A DNA stretch of 64,000 nucleotides from Arcobacteraceae bacterium (GCA_965224485.1 CBDCZH010000013.1:1-64000), one strand, 5' to 3'. Counted from the stretch's first letter, positions 9,600-21,305 are shown. The notes: generated by a model not told the origin, from the sequence alone. Translations and numbers: made by a program.

Positions 9600-10732
9600 C
9601 GCCCATTCAACTTAGAAGTGCAACACTAACTATTAAATTATGCTGATAATTTCCTTTGTAAATTATTAAAAAATATCTCATTTGGAGTTTTATACTCAAG
9701 AATTTTTCTCGGTCTATTATTTAGACGATTTTGAATATGTATTATTTCTGTTCTTGATATTTTCTCAAACTCACTTTTCTTAGGAATATATTCTCTTATT
9801 AATCCATTAGTGTGCTCATTTAATCCTCTTTGCCAAGAAGAATATGGATCACAGAAAAAGAACTTAATATTTAGTTCTTTTGCTACTTCTTCATGAAAGG
9901 AGAACTCTTTTCCATTATCTGAAGTTATTGTATGAACTAGGCTTTTAATTGGTTTTAACATGTCTATAATAGCTTGTGTTACACCCGAAGCATGTTTAGA
10001 TTCTACTTTTTTAATAAGAGTGAATTTACTATTTCTATCCACTAAAGTTACAAGTGCACCTTTGTGATTTTTACCAATAACAGTATCAACTTCAAAGTCT
10101 CCAAATCTACTTTTTCTATCAACAAGAACTGAACGTTTATTGATATTAACTCTATTTTTAATTTGTCCCTCTTGTTCTATAAAGTTCAGACCTATTTTTA
10201 TATTTTTTGTTTTGATGCCTTAGCCATTTAAAGAGTTTACCACCATGCCTTTGGTTTTTATATATGTATCTGTATATAGTTTCATGGGAAATAATAACTA
10301 TTTTATCTTTTTTAAGTCTTCCTGCTATTTGCTCTGGTGACCAATTATCTCTTAATCTTTTACCGATGAGTAATTTTATTTTATTGTTTAATTTTTTATT
10401 AGTTCTCTTATTTATATCTCTTGATGCTGATTGAATCTCAGCATACTCAGGACTGTAATAACCGTTACTACTATTTCTTTTTAGTTCTCTTGAAATTGTA
10501 GACTTGTTAAAGTTTAATACTCTAGCTATTTTGCTTATTGAATAATTTTCTTGTTTGTAAGCAAAGATTTGATACCTTAAACCTAAGGTTAATTGTTTAT
10601 ACTTTTCACCCTCAAGGGGTACCCCGTCATTAAATGCTCCATTTATCGGTCAGGATAATAAGCTTTAATTGTATATCAACTAACCTTACTATCTTGACTT
10701 ATTAAACGTTGCACTTCTAATGTGAATCTACA
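9600..10732 (-). mobile_element. IS30-family insertion sequence (about 1.13 kb)
   Basis: Imperfect 26-bp terminal inverted repeats at 9600-9625 and 10707-10732 sharing TTAGAAGTGCAAC, one end TGTAGATTCA like IS30; AA on both flanks (possible 2-bp target duplication); internal IS30-type transposase. Confidence 0.92.
9638..10630 (-). pseudogene. IS30-family DDE transposase with two apparent frameshifts
   Basis: YKQLT...STISRELKRN HTH, WSPEQIAG, HETIYRYI, GDFEVDTV, TITSDNGKEF, WQRGLNEHTNGLIR. Frame breaks near 10603-10606 and about 10165-10190 may be sequencing errors. Confidence 0.9.
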
Positions 10733-10966
10733 AAATAGCTTACTTTTAATAATTCTTCATTGAAAAGTTAAAACTTACTTTAATTGTATATTTCTTAAAA
10801 ATTCTGTACTTATCTTTGACCTTTCACAAGCATAAAATGCTTTCCTAAAAAGACAAATAATCAAGATTATTCTCTTTATATAAGAAATTAATTATATTAT
10901 TTTATTATTATTCTTTATTTTAATATTAAAAGTAATAAAATTAAATAAATATAATAAAGGATTAGA

Positions 10967-12280
10967 ATGGCTTTAAAAATAGTATTAGGACAAACAAAAC
11001 TAAATGAACTGCATAAAATATTTACTTTAAGTGAAGAAGAACTTGAGAATAAAAAAGCAAGGCTTTTCCCTACTGGTAATAGTGATAGTGAAACATCAAC
11101 AGTTTCTATTTTTTTAGCCTCTTTATCAGCAGTAAAAGAGTATAGAGAAGAATTATTCCTTACAATTGGAATAAATAAGATAAAAGCAAGAAATGTAAAT
11201 GTACATAGTTATGTAGAAATTGAAGATGGAAATAAGAATAATAGACCAGATGGATTAGTTGTCATTACAAGTGGAAAGAACACTCCTATAATTGAATGGG
11301 CTGGTTTTATTGAAGCTAAAATTAGTGAGAATATGCTTGAAGATGAACAAATAGAAAGATATTCTGATTTTGCCCGTGAAATTGGAATTAATGAGATAAT
11401 TACAATTTCTAATTTTTTGGTTACTTCGCCAACTGATTCTCCAATTAAATCTAAAAAAAGAAACTTTAAGTTTTATCATTGGTCTTGGGCATATTTAAAA
11501 GTTACAGCATTAAGATTAATTAGAACAGATTGTATTGAAGATATTGACCATATATTTATCTTGAGTGAATTAAGAAAGTATTTTGATAACCATAAAAACT
11601 TGCGTAACTTTATTTATATGGGAAAAGAGTGGAAAGATTCTGTTAGTACAATTAATTCTTATAATGCAGATGATAGAATAAAAGATGAGATATTGACTCA
11701 TATTGTAACACCTATTATTCAAGAAGAAAAAGATATAAGTTTACAATTAACTGATAAGTCTAAATATTTAATATCCTTAAATATCAAAAATAATAGACAA
11801 GAAGAGATTGAAAATATGTTACAACAAAGTAAAGTAGTTACTTCTACGTACATAATTGATGATTATAAAAATAATACTTTTTGCATAGATATTGATTTTT
11901 TAAGACAAGAAATAAGATGTTATACAACGATTATTATTGAAAAAGGTAAGGCACAAGCTCAAACATCAACTTTAATTAAGATGTTGGAAAATAATTCAGG
12001 ATATCAAGAAAATATATTTATTAATGCAATTTATATTAGAAATAAATCTCTGGAAAAAGATACAGTTAGTTTATCTTCTTTAGTTAATCAAAAAGATGAT
12101 GATAATATAAATAACTATTCAATATTAGATAAAAAATTTGGAGATAGTGTTAAATGTTTTGAGATTAAAACTAAGGATAAGTTAGGAAAGAACTTTATGG
12201 GTACTAAAAGTTTTATTTATAACCTTGAAGAAATAGCAGAAAGATTTTTAAACCAAGTTATGGAAAATATAATTAGATGA
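10967..12280 (+). CDS. Orphan PD-(D/E)xK restriction-endonuclease-fold protein
   Basis: RPDGLVVI...FIEAK followed by EQIERY (QxxxY motif) in the N-terminal half; C-terminal half not recognised. Confidence 0.7.
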   Translation: MALKIVLGQTKLNELHKIFTLSEEELENKKARLFPTGNSDSETSTVSIFLASLSAVKEYREELFLTIGINKIKARNVNVHSYVEIEDGNKNNRPDGLVVITSGKNTPIIEWAGFIEAKISENMLEDEQIERYSDFAREIGINEIITISNFLVTSPTDSPIKSKKRNFKFYHWSWAYLKVTALRLIRTDCIEDIDHIFILSELRKYFDNHKNLRNFIYMGKEWKDSVSTINSYNADDRIKDEILTHIVTPIIQEEKDISLQLTDKSKYLISLNIKNNRQEEIENMLQQSKVVTSTYIIDDYKNNTFCIDIDFLRQEIRCYTTIIIEKGKAQAQTSTLIKMLENNSGYQENIFINAIYIRNKSLEKDTVSLSSLVNQKDDDNINNYSILDKKFGDSVKCFEIKTKDKLGKNFMGTKSFIYNLEEIAERFLNQVMENIIR

Positions 12281-12287
12281 GAATAAA

Positions 12288-12313
12288 GAAGCCTAGAATT
12301 TACGCTAGGCTTC
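12288..12313. terminator. Hairpin between convergent genes
   Basis: GAAGCCTAG-8 nt-CTAGGCTTC. Confidence 0.7.
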
Positions 12314-12321
12314 ATTTGTTT

Positions 12322-12610
12322 TTATTTTAGTATTTCTAGTTCGTCGGAGTATTTATGTTCGCAGAATGGCTCGTATGATGATTTATATACTGCATAGTGT
12401 TCTGTTGTTTTATGACCATCTAATGCTACTTCATCTCTCCATGATTCTACTGCTGAAAACTTAGCTCTGTTGTTTTCATATTGAAAGATATAGTAAAAAA
12501 TACAACCGTCTTCTTTTTTTGAAGGTTCAACCATTGCTTCAAGTAATTCTTTCATTTTATCTCCACAACCATCTTTTGCTATAAAGGTTACTTTTTTTTG
12601 TAATTGTCAT
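12322..12610 (-). CDS. Putative quinol monooxygenase (ABM family), one frameshift in an A run
   Basis: PS..EDGCIFY.IFQ...F..VESW......H...EHY. Removing one base from the T8 run at 12592-12599 joins MTITKKVTFIAKDG to the listed ORF; SD AGGA upstream. Confidence 0.85.
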
Positions 12611-12637
12611 ATTTTTTCCTATTTTTTTATTTTGTTT

Positions 12638-13105
12638 CTATAAAAATTTTAATATTAGTTGATATGTTCCAAGTGCTGCAATACCTGCTGCTAGGCCTGC
12701 AACTAAATCATCACCCATAACACCCCAACCACCTTTTACTTTTTTATCAATTGTACCTATAATTGATGGTTTCCAAATATCAAAAAGCCTAAAATATACA
12801 AATGCTAAGGGTGCTAAAATATAAACATTTTGATCATTTATTCCACAAATTGAAAGTGCTAACCACATTCCAGCTAGTTCATCAATTACTATTTCTTTTC
12901 CATCATGAACGCCAACTTCTTTTTCATAAATATCTATTTGTTTAATAGCAAATGCTGTTATTAAAAAAGATAGTAAAAATAAGGTTGATTCATGAATATA
13001 TTGTAATAAAAGTACTCCTAGAATCAAAGCAACAATACTTCCAGCAGTTCCTGGAGCTTTAGGACTTAGTCCTGAGTAAAATAGGGTTAAAAATAGTTTT
13101 CTCAT
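12638..13105 (-). CDS. pgpA: Phosphatidylglycerophosphatase A
   Basis: SGLSPKAPGTAGS, EIVIDELAG, FRLFDIWKP, GVMGDD motifs; start MRKLF at 13105. Confidence 0.95.
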   Translation of the reverse strand: MRKLFLTLFYSGLSPKAPGTAGSIVALILGVLLLQYIHESTLFLLSFLITAFAIKQIDIYEKEVGVHDGKEIVIDELAGMWLALSICGINDQNVYILAPLAFVYFRLFDIWKPSIIGTIDKKVKGGWGVMGDDLVAGLAAGIAALGTYQLILKFL

Positions 13106-13116
13106 ATATGTCTTTC

Positions 13117-14004
13117 TTATCTTTTCTTTTCGATTCCAAGTTTTTTTCTTTTTTCCCATAAAGATTTTCTTGAAATTCCTAGTTTTTTAGATAACTCAGT
13201 ATCTGGGTATTTTGATTGAAATGTTAAAACCATAAGTTTTACATAATCATTTATAGTCATAATATTATTATTTGCCATAACATTTTGGGAGTTTGCAAAC
13301 TGTATTTTCTCATATGGAAATTCATCTTCTTTTTCTAGTGAACAGATAATACAATTTGATGTTTTAATTAAATTACATAAATTCTCTTTTGCATTCTTTT
13401 TTAAAGTATGATAATCAGTTAAATATAATAGTTTATATTCGTTCATACTATTTGCTAAGTCTTTTTGCCAAGTATTAGAAGATAAAGAAATAAACTTAAT
13501 TGGAAGTTTGATTTTTTTACTTAAATCGAAGGCTAATTTATCTGAACATTTTTGTGAGTTTGTTTCTACTAAAACAGGCAGAGTATGTGACAAGTTTATT
13601 TCATCTGACTTTATATCTTCAAAAATAAATTTTAAATAGTTCTGCATGGTTTTTAGTTCTAGTCTCATCTCTTTGCATTCTTTATAGTGGTAGAGTTTTC
13701 TTATTAACTCATCCATAATAAAAGGTTTCATAATATAATCTTTAGCCCCTTCTTTAATAGGGTTAGTAACTGTTTCATCAGAGATATAAGATACTAAAAG
13801 AATAATAATTGCTCGTGTATATTTTTTTATAACTTTTTTAACAGCAAGTGAAGGTAGAGAAGTTGATAATAATATTATGTCATAGTTCTCTTTTAAGCTA
13901 TCCGAATAAGTTTCTACAAAATCACAATAGTGACCATCATCAAGTAATCTTGAAACAACTTTTTGTGCAAGATAAACCTCGTTTTCTATAATTAGTATAT
14001 TCAT
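13117..14004 (-). CDS. Response regulator with C-terminal Fis-type HTH
   Basis: Receiver-like MNILIIENE...GAKDYIMKPF; C-terminal LSKKLGISRKSLWEKRKK; located between ispDF and pgpA. Confidence 0.88.
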   Translation of the reverse strand: MNILIIENEVYLAQKVVSRLLDDGHYCDFVETYSDSLKENYDIILLSTSLPSLAVKKVIKKYTRAIIILLVSYISDETVTNPIKEGAKDYIMKPFIMDELIRKLYHYKECKEMRLELKTMQNYLKFIFEDIKSDEINLSHTLPVLVETNSQKCSDKLAFDLSKKIKLPIKFISLSSNTWQKDLANSMNEYKLLYLTDYHTLKKNAKENLCNLIKTSNCIICSLEKEDEFPYEKIQFANSQNVMANNNIMTINDYVKLMVLTFQSKYPDTELSKKLGISRKSLWEKRKKLGIEKKR

Positions 14005-15125
14005 ATATTTTTCCAATCAAAATATTTAAGTGTTGCAATACTTTGAACTGCAATACCTTCTTCTCTTCCAATAAATCCCATTTTTTCAGCTGTTGTAGCT
14101 TTTATATTTATAAACTGTGCTGGAATTTGTAATATTTTTGCCAAAGAAAACTTTATATCTAGTTTTCTAGGATTTATTTTTGGTTTTTGTGCGATTATTG
14201 TTAAATCAATATTTACAAGTTCAAATCCAATATTTTTAATAAACTTAACAATAAATTCTAATAAAACTTTAGAATCTGCATTTTTGAACTCTTTACTTGT
14301 ATCTGGAAAAAACTCACCTATATCACCAGCACCTGCTGCTCCTAATAAAGCATCTATAATAGAATGAATTAAAACATCTCCATCACTATGAGCTTTAAAG
14401 CCATAAGATGTATCAAATGTAACACCACCTAATACTAAAGCTTTATTTTCTTCAAACTCATGTATATCTATACCGCTTCCTGTAAAAAAGTTTTTGCAAG
14501 GAGCTTGAAAGTTCGTAAATTCATTCATATCAGAAATAAATGTAATTTTTTTACTAAAAGTTGAGCCTTTTACATAAAATACTGATTCATTTATGTTTTT
14601 AATAGCTGAACTATCATCAGTAAACTCTTTTTTACTCATTAAAGCTTTAATTAAAATAGCTGTATTTGAAAGTTGGGGTGTTTGAATTAGTTTTACGTTC
14701 TCTCTGTTTATTGTTTCTTCATTATAAATAACGGTATCACTTATGTCTAAAATAGGAACAATACACGAAGCTTTTTTCTTATTTTGAATTAAGCTTAAAA
14801 TAACTTCTTTTGGCACACAAGCCCTTGCTACATCAGTTATCATAACATATTTTGTTTTAACATGTTTAAGAGCATTTATCATTGATTCTTGTCTGCTTTC
14901 TCCACCTTTTACAAAGAGGAAATCTTGAGAAAAGTTTTGCATATATGAAAGTTCATCACTATTAGATGTTAAGATTATTTTAGAAAAATCATAATAAGAA
15001 GATATTTCTTTTGTCACATATAACCACAATGGTTCATTATCAATTCTTAACCACTGTTTTTTAGCCTGTGTTTGAAACCTTGTAGAGTTTCCAGCACACA
15101 TAACTATAAGGGTAACATCTGACAT
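14001..15125 (-). CDS. ispDF: Bifunctional IspD/IspF
   Basis: AGNSTRF, GGESRQES, QTPQ, TDDSS (IspD); GIDIH, HSDGDVLIH, KATTAEKMG (IspF). Confidence 0.97.
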   Translation of the reverse strand: MSDVTLIVMCAGNSTRFQTQAKKQWLRIDNEPLWLYVTKEISSYYDFSKIILTSNSDELSYMQNFSQDFLFVKGGESRQESMINALKHVKTKYVMITDVARACVPKEVILSLIQNKKKASCIVPILDISDTVIYNEETINRENVKLIQTPQLSNTAILIKALMSKKEFTDDSSAIKNINESVFYVKGSTFSKKITFISDMNEFTNFQAPCKNFFTGSGIDIHEFEENKALVLGGVTFDTSYGFKAHSDGDVLIHSIIDALLGAAGAGDIGEFFPDTSKEFKNADSKVLLEFIVKFIKNIGFELVNIDLTIIAQKPKINPRKLDIKFSLAKILQIPAQFINIKATTAEKMGFIGREEGIAVQSIATLKYFDWKNI

Positions 15126-15201
15126 TTATCTCCTTGTGTGTAAAAAAGTAACTAATTATATATAAATGTTACTTATGACTAATTTAAATATTATATTTAT
15201 C

Positions 15202-16026
15202 TTAGTCTTCTTCCCCTCTTTTAATATTATCTTTTACAGAATCAATAGCAGATAATAAATCATCTACATCAAAGTTATACAAAGCAGCAATTTTAAGGGC
15301 ATCTTCTACAGGTTTATCACCTAAAGGATCTGTAATATTACATAAGGTTTTTATTATTTCTAAAATTTGAGTTTTTTGCTTGTATTCTTGGGGACAATTT
15401 TTTTGATCTCCTACAAAACCAATAGTAAATACAAGGTTATGGTTTAGTTTCCAATGTTTAAAAATATTAGCAGTAATTTTAGAACAAGTAAAACCTGTAT
15501 ATTCTTTTTCTACTTCTATAATATTTTTTTCTTTTAAAGCATTTTTAAATTCATCGTTTTTATTTGAGTCATTTACAATTTCTGCAATTATAAACTTACC
15601 AGTTTCTTGTAAAAATGCTGGCAATAATAACTCTTCTTTTAACTCGTATGATATTTTTCCAACCCAAGTATTTACTAAAACAGAAGCTAGATTTGAAGTA
15701 AACATAAAATCATCAGTAGAAACTCCATAAGGGTTTAAGTTTGCATCTATTAAATCCTGAACAACAGAACCTAAAGCAATTGAAATAGTGAAGTTTACAC
15801 CTAAAAGATTAATCGCACGGCTAGGGGTATCTACTTCACTTCTAAAGCCAAACATAGAAGAGTTTGCTACTCTTAATAATGTTGTTACGATTAAAGGATC
15901 TTTTTCAATAATTTGAGCTAATTCTAAAGGTTCTTTTTCGCTTTGTTTTCTATACTCTTCTAGGTCAATAATACTTTTAGGTAGAGGTGGAAGCGATTCT
16001 ATCTTTTCAATTATAAACTTTTTCAT
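15202..16026 (-). CDS. HDOD domain protein
   Basis: LPPLP, IEKDP....LLRVANS..FG, AINLLG, W.L motifs. Confidence 0.92.
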   Translation of the reverse strand: MKKFIIEKIESLPPLPKSIIDLEEYRKQSEKEPLELAQIIEKDPLIVTTLLRVANSSMFGFRSEVDTPSRAINLLGVNFTISIALGSVVQDLIDANLNPYGVSTDDFMFTSNLASVLVNTWVGKISYELKEELLLPAFLQETGKFIIAEIVNDSNKNDEFKNALKEKNIIEVEKEYTGFTCSKITANIFKHWKLNHNLVFTIGFVGDQKNCPQEYKQKTQILEIIKTLCNITDPLGDKPVEDALKIAALYNFDVDDLLSAIDSVKDNIKRGEED

Positions 16027-16029
16027 ATT

Positions 16030-18498
16030 TTAGTCCTTAGCACTTAATAATGTATTTTTATTCTTACGTATCTTTTGAAACAATTGTTTATGTGATAGTG
16101 TTAATATATCATCTTTATTACTAGATGTTACAACAATTTTAAAATCACAATCTATGATTTCTTGATTCTTCGTTATCTTTAAGTTTTTTATTTTATCACT
16201 TAATATTTTAAAAGAAGTTTTAGTGGATAGAATTATTCCAATTCTTCCATTATTTAAGTAATAAATTTTGTCTTCATTATGTATTAAAGACTTTATTTTA
16301 TTTGCAATTGATAAGATAAAACTCTCGCCAAGCTCAAAACCTAATTCTTGATTAATTTTATTAAAAGATGAGATGTAAATCTCCATAAAAGTAAGGGGTT
16401 CATCTGTATATAAAAGTAAATCTGATTTTAATTTATAAATATTTTCTAAGCTAGTTGCATGATTAATATTTAGTTTACTTGAATATAAGAAGTTTGATAA
16501 TAAGTTAGAAATATTTGTTTTAATAAAATATTTATTCTTATTCAAAATATTTTTAAACATACTTTCATAAACTGCTGGAAAAACAAATTGTATAGTAAAA
16601 TTATTAATCAGTTCCATATTATAATACTTGTATCCTAAATCAATTATCTCTGAACTCTTACTTGTAAGCCCTTTTACAATAACTTCACAAATACCATAAA
16701 ATATCTTTTGGGAAATCAAATTAGATAGAATACTTTGTATTTTTGAGGCATCTAGATATTTTTGATTTAGTATTTTATTTGTTAGGTTTGATAACTCTTC
16801 ATTAATATAAAATTTTAACTGCAGTTCTGAATATTTGAGATAATTGTTTATAACTTTTTGTCCTAAAGATATTAAATCTTTTCTTAACACTTTGTTCTTT
16901 GCGACTTCTAAATCTTTTATATAACTTTTTCCAAAACTTAAAAGTATTTTTTCATTTATTGCTTTATATTGATTGTCTAAAATGAGATTTCCATTCATGT
17001 TTATAAATATACTATATTCATTTAATGCTTTTTCTAAAGAAAGATTAAGAGTACATTGTGAATAATAATGTGTAATTGATAAAGAAACTTTTGAAAAAAT
17101 AGATAAAAGATGTGAGGCATTTTTGTGTTTTTGCAAATATAAATGTACCTTTTGTATATATTGCAATAAATCAACATTCGTTTTATTTTTAATATAATAA
17201 TTAATAATTATATCAATAGTTTTTAATTTATAATACTCATAATAATCATTTTTAATACGAGGACTTTGTATTAAAATTTGTGCTATATCTAAGTACTTAT
17301 CTTCTTCTAAATCTTCTGCAAATAACAAAATATTATGTATATGTTTTAAATTAGGACTTATAAACTCATCTCCTGTTAAGATAAAATCATCTATTACACT
17401 TTTATAGTTTTTGTCTAAAAGATTATTTGTATTTTGATATTCGTAATTATGAATTATTGTATTTAATAACCTTACTTCTAAAGCATCAAAAGATTCATGT
17501 TCCTTATTATGTAATTTTACTGTAAAACTTTTATTGTATAAATCAGTAGTTTTTTCTAGTTCTTTTAAATCTTTGAAATCAATATGATCAAAACTATGTT
17601 TTAATTTTTTTAATAGTAATAATAATAAATAAGAACTATGTACTTTAAAAAAGGCATATTCTCTACTTTCATATTGAATTTTACCCCCAAACTTAGTAGT
17701 TTTTGCTAAACTATATCCATCCGCTTGTTTCTTTAATAAGTCATGAATAACTCTAATAAGCTCTTTAATTGTTTTATCACTAGCACTTATATAATTTAAA
17801 TGAGTAAAGTGATATAACTCTTTTGCTAGGTGATAATTTAACTTATTAAGCTCAACTTCACTCAAAACAACTTGCATTTTTAAGGTATTTATTGATTCCA
17901 TATTTAAATCAACTATATGCCTAATACTTGCTTTTCTGTGCATGTCTAGGTAATTAATTGCACAAAGTTGATTATAGGTTTTAAATAATTGCGTATATAG
18001 TTTAAATGTTATGTCAAATAATTTATTATTAGTGGTTTTATATTCTTTTAAAAGTTTTTCATAATCCCTAAATAATCTGGCTATTTCAGTATAATCATAG
18101 GTATCATAATTAATAAAAATATTATACTTTGAACCATTTGATAAAAAATTTATTATTGTAATAATTTCTTTAAAATAAATAGCGCTATCATTTGTAAAAA
18201 GTTTTGTTAGTCTTTTTTTATTGCTATTTAAAATATACTCTTTAAAAGCTAAATCATTTTGTATTATTAGCACAATCTCACTAGGTAGTATTTCATTAAA
18301 GTAATACTTTTTTTCTATATAATTTAATAATAATAAATAATTACTCTCTGAGCTATGAGATAAATAATCTTTATTTTTTAAAATATTATATTTTTTTAAA
18401 GTTTTTTCTATACTGTTTTTACCTAAATAGCTTAAATAGTCATCTTTTGCTAGAAGAGTAAAAGAAGATTCTTTAAATGCCGCTTCATCAATAATCAT
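16030..18498 (-). CDS. Large helical protein with a C-terminal degenerate GGDEF-like domain
   Basis: C-terminus SSFNKINQELGFELGESFILSIA...IYYLNNGRIGII aligns by eye to the GGDEF fold but has NNGRI at the active site. Confidence 0.65.
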   Translation of the reverse strand: MIIDEAAFKESSFTLLAKDDYLSYLGKNSIEKTLKKYNILKNKDYLSHSSESNYLLLLNYIEKKYYFNEILPSEIVLIIQNDLAFKEYILNSNKKRLTKLFTNDSAIYFKEIITIINFLSNGSKYNIFINYDTYDYTEIARLFRDYEKLLKEYKTTNNKLFDITFKLYTQLFKTYNQLCAINYLDMHRKASIRHIVDLNMESINTLKMQVVLSEVELNKLNYHLAKELYHFTHLNYISASDKTIKELIRVIHDLLKKQADGYSLAKTTKFGGKIQYESREYAFFKVHSSYLLLLLLKKLKHSFDHIDFKDLKELEKTTDLYNKSFTVKLHNKEHESFDALEVRLLNTIIHNYEYQNTNNLLDKNYKSVIDDFILTGDEFISPNLKHIHNILLFAEDLEEDKYLDIAQILIQSPRIKNDYYEYYKLKTIDIIINYYIKNKTNVDLLQYIQKVHLYLQKHKNASHLLSIFSKVSLSITHYYSQCTLNLSLEKALNEYSIFINMNGNLILDNQYKAINEKILLSFGKSYIKDLEVAKNKVLRKDLISLGQKVINNYLKYSELQLKFYINEELSNLTNKILNQKYLDASKIQSILSNLISQKIFYGICEVIVKGLTSKSSEIIDLGYKYYNMELINNFTIQFVFPAVYESMFKNILNKNKYFIKTNISNLLSNFLYSSKLNINHATSLENIYKLKSDLLLYTDEPLTFMEIYISSFNKINQELGFELGESFILSIANKIKSLIHNEDKIYYLNNGRIGIILSTKTSFKILSDKIKNLKITKNQEIIDCDFKIVVTSSNKDDILTLSHKQLFQKIRKNKNTLLSAKD

Positions 18499-18639
18499 TA
18501 TTTATTTCCTTCTAATGATTAATAATTATATTCAAAAATAGCTTACATATATAATAAAATAAATTTAAATAGATAAATTAAGTAGATGTAAAATAAATTT
18601 GATATAATCTCTTATAAAAATTTAACACAGGAATATTTT

Positions 18640-19987
<1,348 letters not shown>

Positions 19988-20004
19988 TTATAAGTTTTAC
20001 TTAT

Positions 20005-20034
20005 AGGTCAAGTTTTATAACTTGGCCTTTTTTT
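20005..20034 (+). terminator. Rho-independent terminator after thiC
   Basis: AGGTCAAGTT-TTAT-AACTTGGCCT plus T run. Confidence 0.75.
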
Positions 20035-20189
20035 AAGTAAAAAAATGATAAAAGTAAAGATTAGTTTACCTAAAGTTACATATGAAATGTTTATTTATTT
20101 ATAAATTGCAAAGAATAATCTTAATTAAGACAATAATTATCCTATTTGATTTATAATATGTAAATTTTTTAAATTTATAAGGAAAAAAT

Positions 20190-21305
20190 ATGGCAAGTAT
20201 AGAGGATATTAAAAAAGTCTTAGAAAATGTTAAATATCCAGGATTCGAAAAATCTATTGTTGAATTTGGATTTCTAAAAAATGTTCAAGTAAAAGATGAT
20301 AAAAGCTGTTCTATTAGTTTAGAAATAACTTCTAGCTCATCAGAAGTTGAATTGCAATTAAAAAGTTCAATAAAAGGTGTTTTAGAAAAAATAGGTATTG
20401 TTAATATTGAGTTTAATATAAATAAACCACAAGCAGCAAAACAAAAAAGTAATTCTACAAGTGGTAGCAATATTGCACCTCAAATCAAAAACTTTGTAAT
20501 GGTTAGTAGTGGAAAAGGTGGGGTTGGTAAATCAACAACAACAGTAAATCTTGCAATTGCAGCAGCTATGCAAGGTAAAAGAGTTGGTATTTTAGATGCT
20601 GATATTTATGGACCTAATATTCCTCGTATGATGGGTTTACAAGGGCAAGAAGTTGAAGTAGTTGGAAATAAAGCAAAACCATTTAAAATTTATGGTGTTG
20701 ATGTTATGTCTATGGGGTCTTTAATGGAAGAAGGTCAAGCGTTAATTTGGAGAGGGGCTATGATTATGAAAGCCATTCAACAATTATTGCGAGATATTTT
20801 ATGGGAAGAATTAGACATTTTATTTATTGATATGCCACCAGGAACTGGTGATGCTCAATTAACATTAGCTCAAAGTGTGCCAGTTACTTGTGGTGTTAAT
20901 GTTACAACTCCCCAACATGTTGCACTTGATGATTCAAGAAGATCTTTAGATATGTTTAAAAAACTTAATATTCCTATTGGTGGAATTATTGAGAATATGA
21001 GTGGTTTTATTTGTCCTTCATGTGAGACAGAATCTGATATTTTTGGAAAAGGTACTTGTGATGATTTAGCAAAAGAGTACGGAACAACAGTAATTGGTAA
21101 TTTACCAATTGAACCTGCTATTAGAGAAGGTGGAGATTCTGGTAAACCAATAGTTTATTTTGCTCCTGAATCTGTTTGTGCTAAAAGATATATGAAAGCT
21201 GCTGAGAGTTTACTAGCTTTTATAGATGAGGTTAGTGATAAGGTTGAAAATGCTTCAATTCAACCAACAACAGCCCCTGGCGTTAGTGCTTGTTCTTCTA
21301 AATAG
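20190..21305 (+). CDS. mrp: Mrp/NBP35 (ApbC) Fe-S cluster carrier ATPase
   Basis: SGKGGVGKST, DADIYGP, DMPPGTGD, ENMSGFICPSC. Confidence 0.96.
   Translation: MASIEDIKKVLENVKYPGFEKSIVEFGFLKNVQVKDDKSCSISLEITSSSSEVELQLKSSIKGVLEKIGIVNIEFNINKPQAAKQKSNSTSGSNIAPQIKNFVMVSSGKGGVGKSTTTVNLAIAAAMQGKRVGILDADIYGPNIPRMMGLQGQEVEVVGNKAKPFKIYGVDVMSMGSLMEEGQALIWRGAMIMKAIQQLLRDILWEELDILFIDMPPGTGDAQLTLAQSVPVTCGVNVTTPQHVALDDSRRSLDMFKKLNIPIGGIIENMSGFICPSCETESDIFGKGTCDDLAKEYGTTVIGNLPIEPAIREGGDSGKPIVYFAPESVCAKRYMKAAESLLAFIDEVSDKVENASIQPTTAPGVSACSSK

Noticed and set aside
9580..12313. Prophage or integrative element at tRNA-fMet
   Set aside because: No integrase, no phage genes and no duplicated tRNA 3' end (att site) found; only an IS and one accessory gene
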